A stretch of DNA of 64,000 bases. Origin: a virus (Duplodnaviria; Caudoviricetes). Made by a program: the position numbers and the translations under genes. Every line of letters starts with the position of its first letter. The stretch's first letter is position 1. This document shows, one piece after another, positions 8,758 through 17,996 of this stretch. The DNA lies in the IMG/VR virus record IMGVR_UViG_3300046710_000146, positions 32,001 through 96,000 of that record; one strand, 5' to 3'. The notes beneath the pieces are model-generated. The model was given only the letters and a program-made list of their open reading frames with translations, had not been told where the DNA came from and did not search any database.

Positions 8758-10038
8758 ATGTCGCTTTTTAACATCCCCCGCCTAGAAAACTATCGCCGTC
8801 TTGGGTACAACGTGCTGATGTCGGGGCACGCTGGTGTCGGCAAAACCGCGGTGATCTCTGAGGTCTTCAAAGATCTGAAGTGGAAGTACTTCAGCGCATC
8901 GACGATGGATCCGTGGGTCGATCTCGTTGGGGTACCACGCGCGGTTTCTGATGAGAAACGTGGTGGTCAAGTTCTTGAACTTGTGCGACCGGAGTTCGTG
9001 AAAGCGGATGAGATCGAGGCGATCTTCATTGATGAACTGAACCGTGCGCCTGACAAGGTGTTGAACGCGCTCATGGAGCTCATTCAGTTCAAGTCAATCA
9101 ACGGGCAGAAGCTACACAACTTGAAGGTCATTTGGGCGGCAATCAACCCTGACGATGACGAAGGCGAGTACGCGGTGAACAAGCTTGACCGCGCGCTCAA
9201 GGATCGTTTCCAGGTGCACATTGCGATTCCGTACAAGCTTGATGAAGCGTACTTTGAAATGAAGTATCCCACGATCGGCCCGGCGTTCTGCACCTGGTGG
9301 AACGATCTGCCAGATGATTTGAAGAAGGAGGTCTCGCCGCGGCGGCTTGATTACGCCGCTGAAGCGTACATGAACGACTGCCATCTCGGTGATTTCCTAC
9401 CATCGCGCGCGAACATCTCTCAGCTCAAGCGATCAATCAAGGCGCTGCCATTCGCCGATCAGATGTCCGAGATCGAGACCGTTGCCGATGCAAAGCGCTT
9501 CCTCACCGACATCAATCATGCGACGAAGCTCCTGCAGCTCGTGACACACAAGAACCCAGAGGCAATCGCGTTCTTCGAGAAGTTCAAGAGCGTGATGCCG
9601 CAAGAGCTGGTCGACGCGATGACCCCAGCCGTCGAGGCCGCGGTTCGAGGGATTCGTGCCACCACGCTGAGTGATCTGCTCCCCTCCATTGACCGTGCTG
9701 GCAAGATTGGTGAAGTTGAGATCACGCATCTGTTCAACGAACCAGCGTTCGTGTATGCAACTGGATCGCTCCAGGAGGACGTCAATCGGCAAGTACGCGT
9801 GAACTCAAGCTCCTTCCGAAAGCTCGTCGCGCACATCATAGCGGTCATGACGAAATCATCTGAAGCAACGCTGAAAAAAGCGATGTTTAAACCTGATGGA
9901 GGTCGTGCGAATCTCGTCACGCTCGCGATGCATATCGCAATTGCTGACGCCACAATGCAGCACTTCACCAAGGAGGAGCGCAAGAAGATCAATGCGCATA
10001 CCTATCTCCTGAAGTGCGCCGCTTCGAAATGGATGTGA
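8758..10038 (+). CDS. MoxR-type AAA+ ATPase
   Basis: GHAGVGKT Walker A, DLVGVP, FIDELNRA Walker B, AAINP sensor 1, LDRALKDRF arginine finger. Confidence 0.9.
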   Translation: MSLFNIPRLENYRRLGYNVLMSGHAGVGKTAVISEVFKDLKWKYFSASTMDPWVDLVGVPRAVSDEKRGGQVLELVRPEFVKADEIEAIFIDELNRAPDKVLNALMELIQFKSINGQKLHNLKVIWAAINPDDDEGEYAVNKLDRALKDRFQVHIAIPYKLDEAYFEMKYPTIGPAFCTWWNDLPDDLKKEVSPRRLDYAAEAYMNDCHLGDFLPSRANISQLKRSIKALPFADQMSEIETVADAKRFLTDINHATKLLQLVTHKNPEAIAFFEKFKSVMPQELVDAMTPAVEAAVRGIRATTLSDLLPSIDRAGKIGEVEITHLFNEPAFVYATGSLQEDVNRQVRVNSSSFRKLVAHIIAVMTKSSEATLKKAMFKPDGGRANLVTLAMHIAIADATMQHFTKEERKKINAHTYLLKCAASKWM

Positions 10039-10050
10039 TAGAATCTCATC

Positions 10051-11313
10051 ATGCGCACTGACCTAAACGATCCAAACGAGATCTCACTGATCCCTAAGGA
10101 GCTGAAGCTCCAGATCAGCTCAGATCTCGAGCAGTTCCATCGCGTATTCGACGTGTTCTGGGAGCTCTCTGAGATCTACTTCAGCCCACCATCGCGATCA
10201 CTGAAGACCGCCTGTGTGACCTTTCCACCAGGTGGAAAATCGCACATGATCATCTCCAAGCTCTTCTGGGATTCGCTGAACGCCGATGAGAAGCTCTTCG
10301 TGATCATCCACGAGTGCCTGCACGTGATGCTCGATCATGGGATGCGAAATGCTCGGAACATTCCTGGCGCAACACACAAGTTGATCAACATCGCGCAGGA
10401 CATCACGATCAACGAGATGATCGTCGACATGTTCGGCTTTGCACGTGGGTTGATGCGCGACTGGCGGAAATACTGTTGGATTGAAACGTGCTTCAAAGAC
10501 CCAGCGTCCATCGAACGCAATCAGGTCTTCGAGTACTACCTCAAGAAGCTGATTGAGAATCCACCACCAGAAGGCATGGACACCCTTGACGAGCACGATG
10601 ACATGGGTGGATACAGCGACGGTGATCCTGATCCACTGGCACAGGCGCTTGGCGAGCATCTGACGTGGGATGAGCTCCAAGCAATGATCAAGTCGATGGG
10701 CAAGGAAGATGGGCGTGGTATTGGGCTCTCGCCGTTCAACGTGATCCTCGAGAACCGCACGCCCGCGAATATCGACTTCAACAAGCTCGTCGCGAAGCTC
10801 AAGCGGAACGCGAAGTCTAAAGAGCACAGGGAGATCGACTCCTTCGCTCGTGAACCTCGTCGATTTGGTGGATCACGTATGATCCTGCCCGGTCGAATGG
10901 AGACTGAACCGCACAAGCAGAAGCTTATCACCGCGTTGTTCTTCGACGTGTCAGGTTCCTGCATGTCGTACTTCAACGTGTTCAACTCGGTTCGCCAAGC
11001 GTTCGAGAAGGAAGAGAAGCTGTTCGACATTCGAACCTTTGCGTTCGATACTCGCGTCTTCGAGGTCGAACCTGGCAAGAAGCTCGCGGTCGGTGGTGGA
11101 ACCTCGTTCGACATCATTGAGCGAAAGTGTCAAGACATTGTGACTGAGGATGGTCGGTATCCAGACTGTGTAGTGGTCATCACCGACGGCGCTGGTAATC
11201 GCGTCGCACCTCAGCACCCTGGTCGCTGGGTCTGGTTGTTGACGAACGGCGCGACCCGCACGTACGTGGACTCACGCTCACAGGCGTGGCCGATCAAGAA
11301 CGTTACTTTCTAG
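10051..11313 (+). CDS. zincin-like metallopeptidase fused to a vWA domain (DUF2201-like)
   Basis: HECLH...NIAQD peptidase motif; MIDAS DVSGS, GGGTSF and VITDG. Confidence 0.9.
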   Translation: MRTDLNDPNEISLIPKELKLQISSDLEQFHRVFDVFWELSEIYFSPPSRSLKTACVTFPPGGKSHMIISKLFWDSLNADEKLFVIIHECLHVMLDHGMRNARNIPGATHKLINIAQDITINEMIVDMFGFARGLMRDWRKYCWIETCFKDPASIERNQVFEYYLKKLIENPPPEGMDTLDEHDDMGGYSDGDPDPLAQALGEHLTWDELQAMIKSMGKEDGRGIGLSPFNVILENRTPANIDFNKLVAKLKRNAKSKEHREIDSFAREPRRFGGSRMILPGRMETEPHKQKLITALFFDVSGSCMSYFNVFNSVRQAFEKEEKLFDIRTFAFDTRVFEVEPGKKLAVGGGTSFDIIERKCQDIVTEDGRYPDCVVVITDGAGNRVAPQHPGRWVWLLTNGATRTYVDSRSQAWPIKNVTF

Positions 11314-11322
11314 GAGATCAAG

Positions 11323-11538
11323 ATGTCAATTGAAGTCGAACAAGAGAATATTGAAGAACTGAAGTTGTGGGGGATGGGCTTGCATCTGGTGCAAGAACAG
11401 TGCTACTTTTGCGGGCAACCGACAAGAACGTGGCACCTCCTATCAAACACCCCCGTGTGTACTGACTGCGCAGGAACTCACAATCGAGATGACATCACGC
11501 GAGTTGACATCGTGCGTGCACCTGTTACACTTCTCTAG
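11323..11538 (+). CDS. small zinc-finger protein
   Basis: CYFC...CTDC; AGGAG SD. Confidence 0.6.
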   Translation: MSIEVEQENIEELKLWGMGLHLVQEQCYFCGQPTRTWHLLSNTPVCTDCAGTHNRDDITRVDIVRAPVTLL

Positions 11539-11586
11539 AATCTGTTACAGATTCCTGCGATTTTCTGGTCATAATCAGGTTAGAAT
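11523..11586 (+). promoter_or_regulatory. early promoter with paired GTTACA boxes and TAGAAT
   Basis: TGTTACA at 11523 and 11543; TAGAAT at 11581, the same 31-nt spacing as the 7464 promoter. Confidence 0.55.
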
Positions 11587-11615
11587 ACTCCTATCGAACA
11601 TCATCTGGAGAAACA

Positions 11616-12620
11616 ATGTCTAAGACCTGCACCGTGAAATTCAACAGCGGCCTATCGCGTTGGGAAGCCGTTTACAACAGCCGTGTCTTGGCCTCCTCGA
11701 AGGACGTCGCTGGCGGCCCTGAATACCTGAAGAAGGTTATTGAAGGTGGCTTCAGCCAGAAGGCGAAGAACTTCGGCGTCACGAAGTGCGAGGTCATTGG
11801 GAATGCAGACAATGGCCTGGTCGTGGCGAACACCGACGGCGGCGAAATCGAGACAGTGCCAGCCATGACGGTTGAGAGCGAGTTCCCAATCAATGAGCGG
11901 TTCCTGATTATGCAGGACTACACCGACATGGTCGCCAAACGCGAGCTCGCATCGGCCTTGGTCACTGGTGAAGGTGGTCTCGGTAAGACCTTCACGGTCA
12001 TGAAGACCCTCCGCGACTGCGGCGTCCAAGATGTCTCGAAGATGGAGATTGGCGCTCGCTTCGATGGTCAGAAAGGATACATCGTTGTGAAGGGTTACTC
12101 GACCGCCAAGGGTCTGTTCCGCACGCTTTACGAAAATCGGAATCAAATCATCGTGTTCGATGACTGCGACAACGTCCTGAAGGATCCGAACGCGGTGAAC
12201 ATCTTGAAGGCGGCGCTCGACAGCTACGACGTGCGCCTCGTGTCTTGGAACGCCGAAGGTTGGGGGAATGACGAAGATCTTCCCAAGGTCTTTGAGTTCA
12301 CCGGTGGAGTGATCTTCATCTCGAATCTGTCGAAGCACAAGGTGCCACAGGCAATTCGCAGCCGGGCAATGTGTGCCGATGTCTCGATGACCCGCGAGGA
12401 GGTTGTTGAGCGGATGCGGATGATCGTGAGCTCCCCCGAGTTCATGCCCGAGTTTGAAGATGAGCACAAGCTCGAGGCGCTCGAGTTCGTTGCCGAGAAT
12501 GCGAACAACCCAATGATCCCCGCGCTGAACCTGCGGTCCTTGGTGAACGTCGTGAAAGCTCGCGCTGCGAAGCCCGATCACTGGCGTCGTCTGGGTCTGT
12601 ACTCTATGGCGAACTCGTAG
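11616..12620 (+). CDS. AAA+/P-loop ATPase
   Basis: GEGGLGKT Walker A, IIVFDDCD Walker B, IFISN, AIRSR. Confidence 0.85.
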   Translation: MSKTCTVKFNSGLSRWEAVYNSRVLASSKDVAGGPEYLKKVIEGGFSQKAKNFGVTKCEVIGNADNGLVVANTDGGEIETVPAMTVESEFPINERFLIMQDYTDMVAKRELASALVTGEGGLGKTFTVMKTLRDCGVQDVSKMEIGARFDGQKGYIVVKGYSTAKGLFRTLYENRNQIIVFDDCDNVLKDPNAVNILKAALDSYDVRLVSWNAEGWGNDEDLPKVFEFTGGVIFISNLSKHKVPQAIRSRAMCADVSMTREEVVERMRMIVSSPEFMPEFEDEHKLEALEFVAENANNPMIPALNLRSLVNVVKARAAKPDHWRRLGLYSMANS

Positions 12621-12683
12621 CACACCTTCCGGCGACACGACGTTGTCGCCGGTTGCACCGAACTTCTTGACTTAAGGAACCAT

Positions 12684-13085
12684 ATGATGGACTACACGAA
12701 ATACACGAACGCCCTTCCGTACCTAGTGAAGGCGAATTTCCAGACCAAGTTCTGGTATCAGGCTGGCGTCACGGTCGCGAAGCGTGGACCTGATGGCGAT
12801 CTTATTATTCTCGTTCCCGGGTTTAGCCCCACTGACATTGAGAAGGTCAAGACCACCGAGACCACCATCGACGAAGCCGAATACAAGCGCGTACAGATCG
12901 CATACCGCCTTCATGAGCAGACGCTGCGAGAGCTCTTCAAAGCCGATCTGTTCAGAGAGCTTGGTATCGAGGAGAACCCCAAGCGTGAAAAGCTGTTCGC
13001 AAAGGCCTGGGAAGATGGCCACTCGTCCGGCCTTGCCGAAGTCGAGAACTGCGCCTGGAACCTCGTTGACCTGATTAAGGACTGA
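12684..13085 (+). CDS. hypothetical protein
   Basis: AAGGA SD; C-terminal AWEDGHSSG motif. Confidence 0.7.
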   Translation: MMDYTKYTNALPYLVKANFQTKFWYQAGVTVAKRGPDGDLIILVPGFSPTDIEKVKTTETTIDEAEYKRVQIAYRLHEQTLRELFKADLFRELGIEENPKREKLFAKAWEDGHSSGLAEVENCAWNLVDLIKD

Positions 13086-13087
13086 TC

Positions 13088-13519
13088 ATGCTTAAACTTC
13101 CTCCTGGCAAATACTACATTGGCGATCCCTGCTACGTCTTCAACGACGACACCTGGCAACGTTTGCTAGATGGCGCTCCCTTCGAGGGTGCTATCGTTGA
13201 ATTCGACGGTCGACAGCTCTGGGGCCAATCAACTGCCCATGGCGACGGGGTGTACCTCGATCAAGATGGGAACGAGTTCGGCGTCGACAGTGGGGTGCTA
13301 GCAGCGATCCCAATCGAGCTTGTTGACAACCCAGCTGGCGAAGAGGAGGGCGTGATCATTGATGCGCCGAATGGACTTGTTGTTGAACATGATGCTGGCA
13401 CCTTTTGGCTTGGGGAGCACTGCATCACGACCGATGATGTCCAAGATAGCTTCCCCACTGATGCCCTTGATGATCTTGATGGCGGGTATGATGGTGATCT
13501 GAGCTCGGAGTTCCGCTGA
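13088..13519 (+). CDS. conserved phage hypothetical protein
   Basis: PGKYYIGDPCYV...T.HGDG.Y...VDSG motif. Confidence 0.7.
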   Translation: MLKLPPGKYYIGDPCYVFNDDTWQRLLDGAPFEGAIVEFDGRQLWGQSTAHGDGVYLDQDGNEFGVDSGVLAAIPIELVDNPAGEEEGVIIDAPNGLVVEHDAGTFWLGEHCITTDDVQDSFPTDALDDLDGGYDGDLSSEFR

Positions 13520-13544
13520 CCACGCGAATGGGGTAAATAGCTCC

Positions 13545-13970
13545 ATGAAAACGGAGCTACCCTTGTCAGATCAAAACAAAAAGCTGCTCGCAAGAGCGCT
13601 CGATTCTGCTGTCCTCTTAGACCAACAGCTGAACCTCCTGTTGGACGCGTACGACTTCTATTCGGACCGATATGGTATCTCTCACCCAGTGCAAATGAAG
13701 GACCTACAGGTGTCGATCAAGGCCCTGGGCACTATCCCACGCCTGATCGCGCTGAATCTCGTAGCATGGCGAACAGGTGTCATGCCTGATTTAAGCCGCG
13801 AAGGTTTTGAGCTGAACGTGCTGAACGAACTCGTTCTGCATATGAACACCCTGTACCGGGCGTTCACCACCGAGAAGATTGATCTTGGGATCTTCAGCAC
13901 ACAGCTTGTATCTGACTGCATGCGCGATATCAAGATCGCAAATGATACGTTCAGCGCCGCGCCTGTGTAG
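13545..13970 (+). CDS. hypothetical late protein
   Basis: TAAATA at 13534, 5 nt before the ATG. Confidence 0.65.
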   Translation: MKTELPLSDQNKKLLARALDSAVLLDQQLNLLLDAYDFYSDRYGISHPVQMKDLQVSIKALGTIPRLIALNLVAWRTGVMPDLSREGFELNVLNELVLHMNTLYRAFTTEKIDLGIFSTQLVSDCMRDIKIANDTFSAAPV

Positions 13971-14062
13971 TCCCTTTGTTCAGGTTCAATGCCCTGTTCT
14001 CCGAGCTAAAATAGAAGGTCGCCGATGAGGTGACACCCTTCAACTACTCGGAGAACGAGACC

Positions 14063-14896
14063 ATGAGCACATCTGATAAGACCACGCTTGGCGACCGCAT
14101 GAAGTCGTACGAGCAACCCAGCACCTCCCGCAAGGCCTTCAAGGGGCAGCCCCTGATTGTTCGCCTTGATGGCAAGAACTTCCACACCTTTACCCGTGGG
14201 CTAAAGCGCCCGTATGATGAACGGTTATCAGCCTTGATGCTCGAGGTCACGATGGCCCTCGTTGATCGCTTCCAAGCGGTGATTGGGTACACACAGTCTG
14301 ATGAGATCACGCTCGTGTGGCACAGCGGCACATCTGCCACTGCTGAGTACCCATTTGACGGGCGTTTCCAGAAGCTAGACTCACTGCTCGCTGGATTTGC
14401 AAGTGCATACTTTAGTCATCGCCTTCCGGAGTTCCTGCCCGAGAAGACCCCATTCGGTCGGTTCGATGAGCGTGAATTCGTTTCACCCCCAACCTTTGAT
14501 GCCCGAAGCTTTGTGGTGCCAAGCTTGCTCGAGGCATATCACTGCTTTCTATGGCGGCAACAAGACTGCGTGAAGAACGCGATCAGCATGGCAGCACAGT
14601 CAATGTTCCCGCACAAGGAGCTGCAGGGGCTGCATGGCCCTGAGATGCAGGAGCTGATGTTCTCGAAGTTCGGTGTGAACTTCAACGACTATCCAGCGTT
14701 CTTCAAGCGTGGGCAGTTCGCGCGTCGCGTGAAGACACTTCGTACTCTCACTGAGCAAGAGCTCGATCGTATCCCGCCAGTGTATCACCCAACCGGGCCA
14801 GTTGAGCGGTCATTCGTGACAGCTGTCGACATCTGGCTCTCAAAACAAGAGGACCCAGTGGGGGTGCTCTTCCAAGAAAAGGAACCAATATGTTAA
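14063..14896 (+). CDS. thg1: tRNA(His) guanylyltransferase-like protein (Thg1/TLP 3'-5' polymerase)
   Basis: DRMKSYE, VRLDGKNFH.FT, YTQSDEI, FDAR, WRQQDCVKNAI, FKRG. Confidence 0.95.
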   Translation: MSTSDKTTLGDRMKSYEQPSTSRKAFKGQPLIVRLDGKNFHTFTRGLKRPYDERLSALMLEVTMALVDRFQAVIGYTQSDEITLVWHSGTSATAEYPFDGRFQKLDSLLAGFASAYFSHRLPEFLPEKTPFGRFDEREFVSPPTFDARSFVVPSLLEAYHCFLWRQQDCVKNAISMAAQSMFPHKELQGLHGPEMQELMFSKFGVNFNDYPAFFKRGQFARRVKTLRTLTEQELDRIPPVYHPTGPVERSFVTAVDIWLSKQEDPVGVLFQEKEPIC

Positions 14897-15105
14897 GCTC
14901 ATGTGCAAAGTTATCGCAGTTTGAAGAGAACGTCTTGAACGCGTGGGGTGAAACGCCTGCAGTCAAGAAGCTTCTCAAGAACGAAGGGAAGTTCGCGCTT
15001 GTTTTCGGATGGGACTCTGGGGTTGGAATGTCAATTCTAGCCACTGTGAAAGACAAAGCCGGGAACATCCTGTCAAAGGATATTACAGATTACAACTCTT
15101 GGTGA
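14890..15105 (+). CDS. hypothetical protein
   Basis: AAGGA SD; overlaps the thg1 end. Confidence 0.5.
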   Translation: MLSSCAKLSQFEENVLNAWGETPAVKKLLKNEGKFALVFGWDSGVGMSILATVKDKAGNILSKDITDYNSW

Positions 15106-15161
15106 TCGTTACAAAGTTTTGTGTTATGATCTGCTCATGAATCCTAGCCATGGAGACCATC

Positions 15162-15269
15162 ATGAACCGTGTTCTAGCTGCATTTCGAATTGCTGAACTC
15201 TCAATTGAGCTGGTGATCATTGACGTCCGGCTGGCCCTGAACGCCGTGCATTACTGGATTGTTACCTGA
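15162..15269 (+). CDS. 35-aa small protein (MNRVLAAFRIAELSIELVIIDVRLALNAVHYWIVT), not in the ORF track
   Basis: TG-T-TATGAT extended -10 at 15122-15130; GGAG SD; terminator directly downstream. Confidence 0.5.
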   Translation: MNRVLAAFRIAELSIELVIIDVRLALNAVHYWIVT

Positions 15270-15279
15270 AGTGCATACT

Positions 15280-15309
15280 AAAAGAGGGACCCTAGGGTCC
15301 CTCTCTTCT
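15280..15309. terminator. bidirectional intrinsic terminator
   Basis: AAAAGAGGGACCCTAGGGTCCCTCTCTTCT between convergent genes. Confidence 0.75.
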
Positions 15310-15321
15310 GGTGTACTGACG

Positions 15322-15708
15322 CTAGTCAGCCATACCTAGATTGCGGCGCACATGCGCGGCGTTTGCGTCACGAGCCTTGTCCATCCTTGCATTGATTCTA
15401 CGATCGTCGGGGCTAAGTGCAGATTCTAGATCATCATGCGAGACAACACCCTTTTGCTGGGGTTTTGTTCCAGCGGCAAAGGCTGCTAATGCAGCATCGA
15501 GTTCCTTCGCCTTTGTGGTCTTCAGCTTCTGGAGCTTCTGACGCTCAGCATTGATCTTCAACAGTGCGGCTTTCTTCTTGGCTGGATTGTCCCCAATGCT
15601 CTTGAGCCACCCGAAACCAGGCATGTCAGACAGGCCTTCTTGAATTTTGTTGAACTCTTCATCTGTCATCTGCACAGCGGCGTCGAATTCTTTGAACGTG
15701 ATAGACAT
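15322..15708 (-). CDS. probable internal head protein
   Basis: MSITFKEF resembles the T4 capsid-targeting sequence (MKT(F/Y)xEF); IQE site; TAAATA at 15733. Confidence 0.65.
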   Translation of the reverse strand: MSITFKEFDAAVQMTDEEFNKIQEGLSDMPGFGWLKSIGDNPAKKKAALLKINAERQKLQKLKTTKAKELDAALAAFAAGTKPQQKGVVSHDDLESALSPDDRRINARMDKARDANAAHVRRNLGMAD

Positions 15709-15824
15709 AATCTCAATCCTCAAATGTGATTCTATTTAGCCAGTTCCAGCGTCGTCCCAATATCCGGTTGCCTTTGGGGGCCCGCTCGTTACAATTAGAG
15801 CATGACATATCGAGATCTAAGACT

Positions 15825-16148
15825 ATGAGAAATTTCGTCCTAGTGACAGCAACCCGCTCAACCGGGCCGGTTACGGTGGGAAGTGGGATACGAAAGCTAA
15901 AGCGTGGCATGCAGCTTCGCGATTTCGTCTCTACCTACATTCGTGAAGAGGCCAAGCTTGATTTGCGCCAAGTGTATGACCGCGATGATACGATCACCGT
16001 GGTGACGACGATCGACGGGGCCTCATGTTCTTGGAGCTTCACTGTGTTTCCCGAAGATGAGCTGCTGACGGCAGTTTCGCATCTGTCGAAGGAAGAGCTT
16101 CTCCGCGATCTGAAGGAGCTCCTGCCGCTGAGGACGGAGCTCCAATGA
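15825..16148 (+). CDS. hypothetical protein
   Basis: ORF MRNFV...; ATGA-coupled to the kinase. Confidence 0.55.
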   Translation: MRNFVLVTATRSTGPVTVGSGIRKLKRGMQLRDFVSTYIREEAKLDLRQVYDRDDTITVVTTIDGASCSWSFTVFPEDELLTAVSHLSKEELLRDLKELLPLRTELQ

Positions 16149-16783
16149 AGATCATCGGCCTATCAGGCGCTCAAGGCGCCGGTAAAAGTACACTGCTAAC
16201 CGAATTGGTTTCCAGAGGCTGGAAGGTGGACACGTTCCGCGTATCCCGCGCGGTGCAAGCGGAGCTTGGTTGGGGCACCCTTGAGCGCGTCATGGAATCA
16301 CCAGAAACTATGATTGAGTTCCAGACTGAGGTGTTCAATCAGAAGTACAAGCATGATCTATCATTGCGGAATCAATCAACTGATGACATGATTCTGACTG
16401 AACGCACCTTTGCTGACATCGTGGCTTACACCGCGCAGTGGGCATGGCGCTTTGTTGATCAAGGAAAGATGGAGCTTTCTGCAGCCACGGAATTTGTGAC
16501 TGGCTTCACAGTGCGGTGTGTGCACGCTCAGTATGAAATTTATACGGGAACAATTCTTCTTCCGTATATGGAGCACGTGATCTGGGAAGACGACGCCAAT
16601 CGAGCGAAGCGCTCAGATGTGGATTCGGTGTTCGCAAATATTGAACGGTTCCTAGATATTTGTCGGCCAATCACACACCGATTAGATATTTGTCGGCCAA
16701 TCACACACCGATGTATGAAGATCTGCGGTAAAACCGTTCACGAACGAGCCGATGAGGTTCAAACTTTTTTGGAGACACTATAA
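16145..16783 (+). CDS. P-loop nucleoside/nucleotide kinase (dNMP kinase / AAA_28-like)
   Basis: MKIIGLSGAQGAGKST, LTERTFADIVAY, D.NR. Confidence 0.75.
   Translation: MKIIGLSGAQGAGKSTLLTELVSRGWKVDTFRVSRAVQAELGWGTLERVMESPETMIEFQTEVFNQKYKHDLSLRNQSTDDMILTERTFADIVAYTAQWAWRFVDQGKMELSAATEFVTGFTVRCVHAQYEIYTGTILLPYMEHVIWEDDANRAKRSDVDSVFANIERFLDICRPITHRLDICRPITHRCMKICGKTVHERADEVQTFLETL
16653..16712 (+). repeat. exact 30-bp tandem duplication, in frame
   Basis: TAGATATTTGTCGGCCAATCACACACCGAT x2, giving LDICRPITHR x2. Confidence 0.95.
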
Positions 16784-17461
16784 ATGGCATACGCTAAGGG
16801 ATATTCGAAGGCTCACCCAGGGCAACACGCATTGGTAATTGACTGGGAAACAACTGGATCTGATTTCGGCGGTGACTCAAGCGTCGCGTACCAGGGTATC
16901 GCATTCGGCGTGATCGTTGCTGACACCCAAACCTGGGAAGAAGTTGACACGCTGTACCGTGAACTGCACTTCGATGAGACGAAGTACAAGTGGACCGACG
17001 GCGCAGAGAAGATCCATGGTCTATCACGAGCGCACCTTGCCGAACACGGCGTTCCTCGTGAAGAAGCCCTTGCAGATCTGCTTGAGTTACTCCTGAAGTA
17101 CTGGGCGCCAGGTCAGAAGATCATGTTGATTGGGCACAACGCCTCGTTCGATCGTGACTTCACAGAGCAGCTGTTCCGCGACTTTGGTGTTGAGATCCTG
17201 ATTCACCACGTGATGCCTGACAGCTCACAACTCGGCTTCGTCTTGATGGGCGAGTATAAGTCGGACGTCGTGTTCGATCTTCTTGGTGGAATCGACAAGC
17301 GTAATCTGCACAACGCCCTGGAAGATGCTCGCGCGTGCCTGACCTGCTTACGAAATGCAAAGCAGATCTTCACCGCAGGACTTGAAGCTGGGGCCGAACA
17401 GACTGCGGGCTACCAACAAATGGTCTCGGTAATGGACCCATTTGATGAGTCCCCAACATGA
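16784..17461 (+). CDS. DEDDh 3'-5' exonuclease (DnaQ/RNase T-like)
   Basis: IDWETTG, GHNASFD, HNALEDA. Confidence 0.9.
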   Translation: MAYAKGYSKAHPGQHALVIDWETTGSDFGGDSSVAYQGIAFGVIVADTQTWEEVDTLYRELHFDETKYKWTDGAEKIHGLSRAHLAEHGVPREEALADLLELLLKYWAPGQKIMLIGHNASFDRDFTEQLFRDFGVEILIHHVMPDSSQLGFVLMGEYKSDVVFDLLGGIDKRNLHNALEDARACLTCLRNAKQIFTAGLEAGAEQTAGYQQMVSVMDPFDESPT

Positions 17462-17748
17462 ACTGCTATGCAGGATTTGTGGCGCAGTCAGTAGAAGCTG
17501 TCATCCCAGAGTGCGTATTCACGATGCAGGAGTTCAGGCTCATTTCGCAATCAGCCCTTCGCGCGCTTTGCGGGCTTTCTCCCGCCGAGTTCAAATGGCT
17601 AGACCCAGTTGCTCCTAAGCCGAGTCTGCCATCCAGTCCGAAGGACGAACGCAAGATCATGACCTCCCGCCCTGACGAGGTTATGCGGAAGCCGCGATTG
17701 ATCCCACAACGGAACTTCGGCAAACGTATCATCTCTAGTCGCCCATGA
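17458..17748 (+). CDS. hypothetical protein
   Basis: ATGA overlaps at both ends. Confidence 0.45.
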   Translation: MNCYAGFVAQSVEAVIPECVFTMQEFRLISQSALRALCGLSPAEFKWLDPVAPKPSLPSSPKDERKIMTSRPDEVMRKPRLIPQRNFGKRIISSRP

Positions 17749-17972
17749 TATTGATCTTCACTGCACCCTGGGATTGCGAGCAGCCAGACAAATATGACGC
17801 AGCCACAACACCGGTCCCGCGGGTCGGTGAAGTGGTTTTAGTGTGGGCTGATTTAGCGCAGAGAACGTACGTGCATTCCCCCGAACTGCCACGGCAGGTA
17901 CGTTGTGTCGTTAGCAGCGTTGAATACAATCTAACTGCACAGGTCATCAATGTGTTATTAGTGGACGAATAG
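17745..17972 (+). CDS. hypothetical protein
   Basis: PVPRVGE motif; ATGA coupling. Confidence 0.55.
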   Translation: MILIFTAPWDCEQPDKYDAATTPVPRVGEVVLVWADLAQRTYVHSPELPRQVRCVVSSVEYNLTAQVINVLLVDE

Positions 17973-17996
17973 ACAGGTTTGTGATACAATAGCCTC

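Noticed and set aside
11652-12638. 328-aa antisense ORF over the AAA+ gene (also 10198-10827 and similar)
   Set aside because: Shadow frame explained by the codon bias of the sense gene; no SD, promoter or motifs
12629-12652. Hairpin CCGGCGACA-CGACGT-TGTCGCCGG as a terminator
   Set aside because: No U-tract; more likely an mRNA stability or processing stem, so not called
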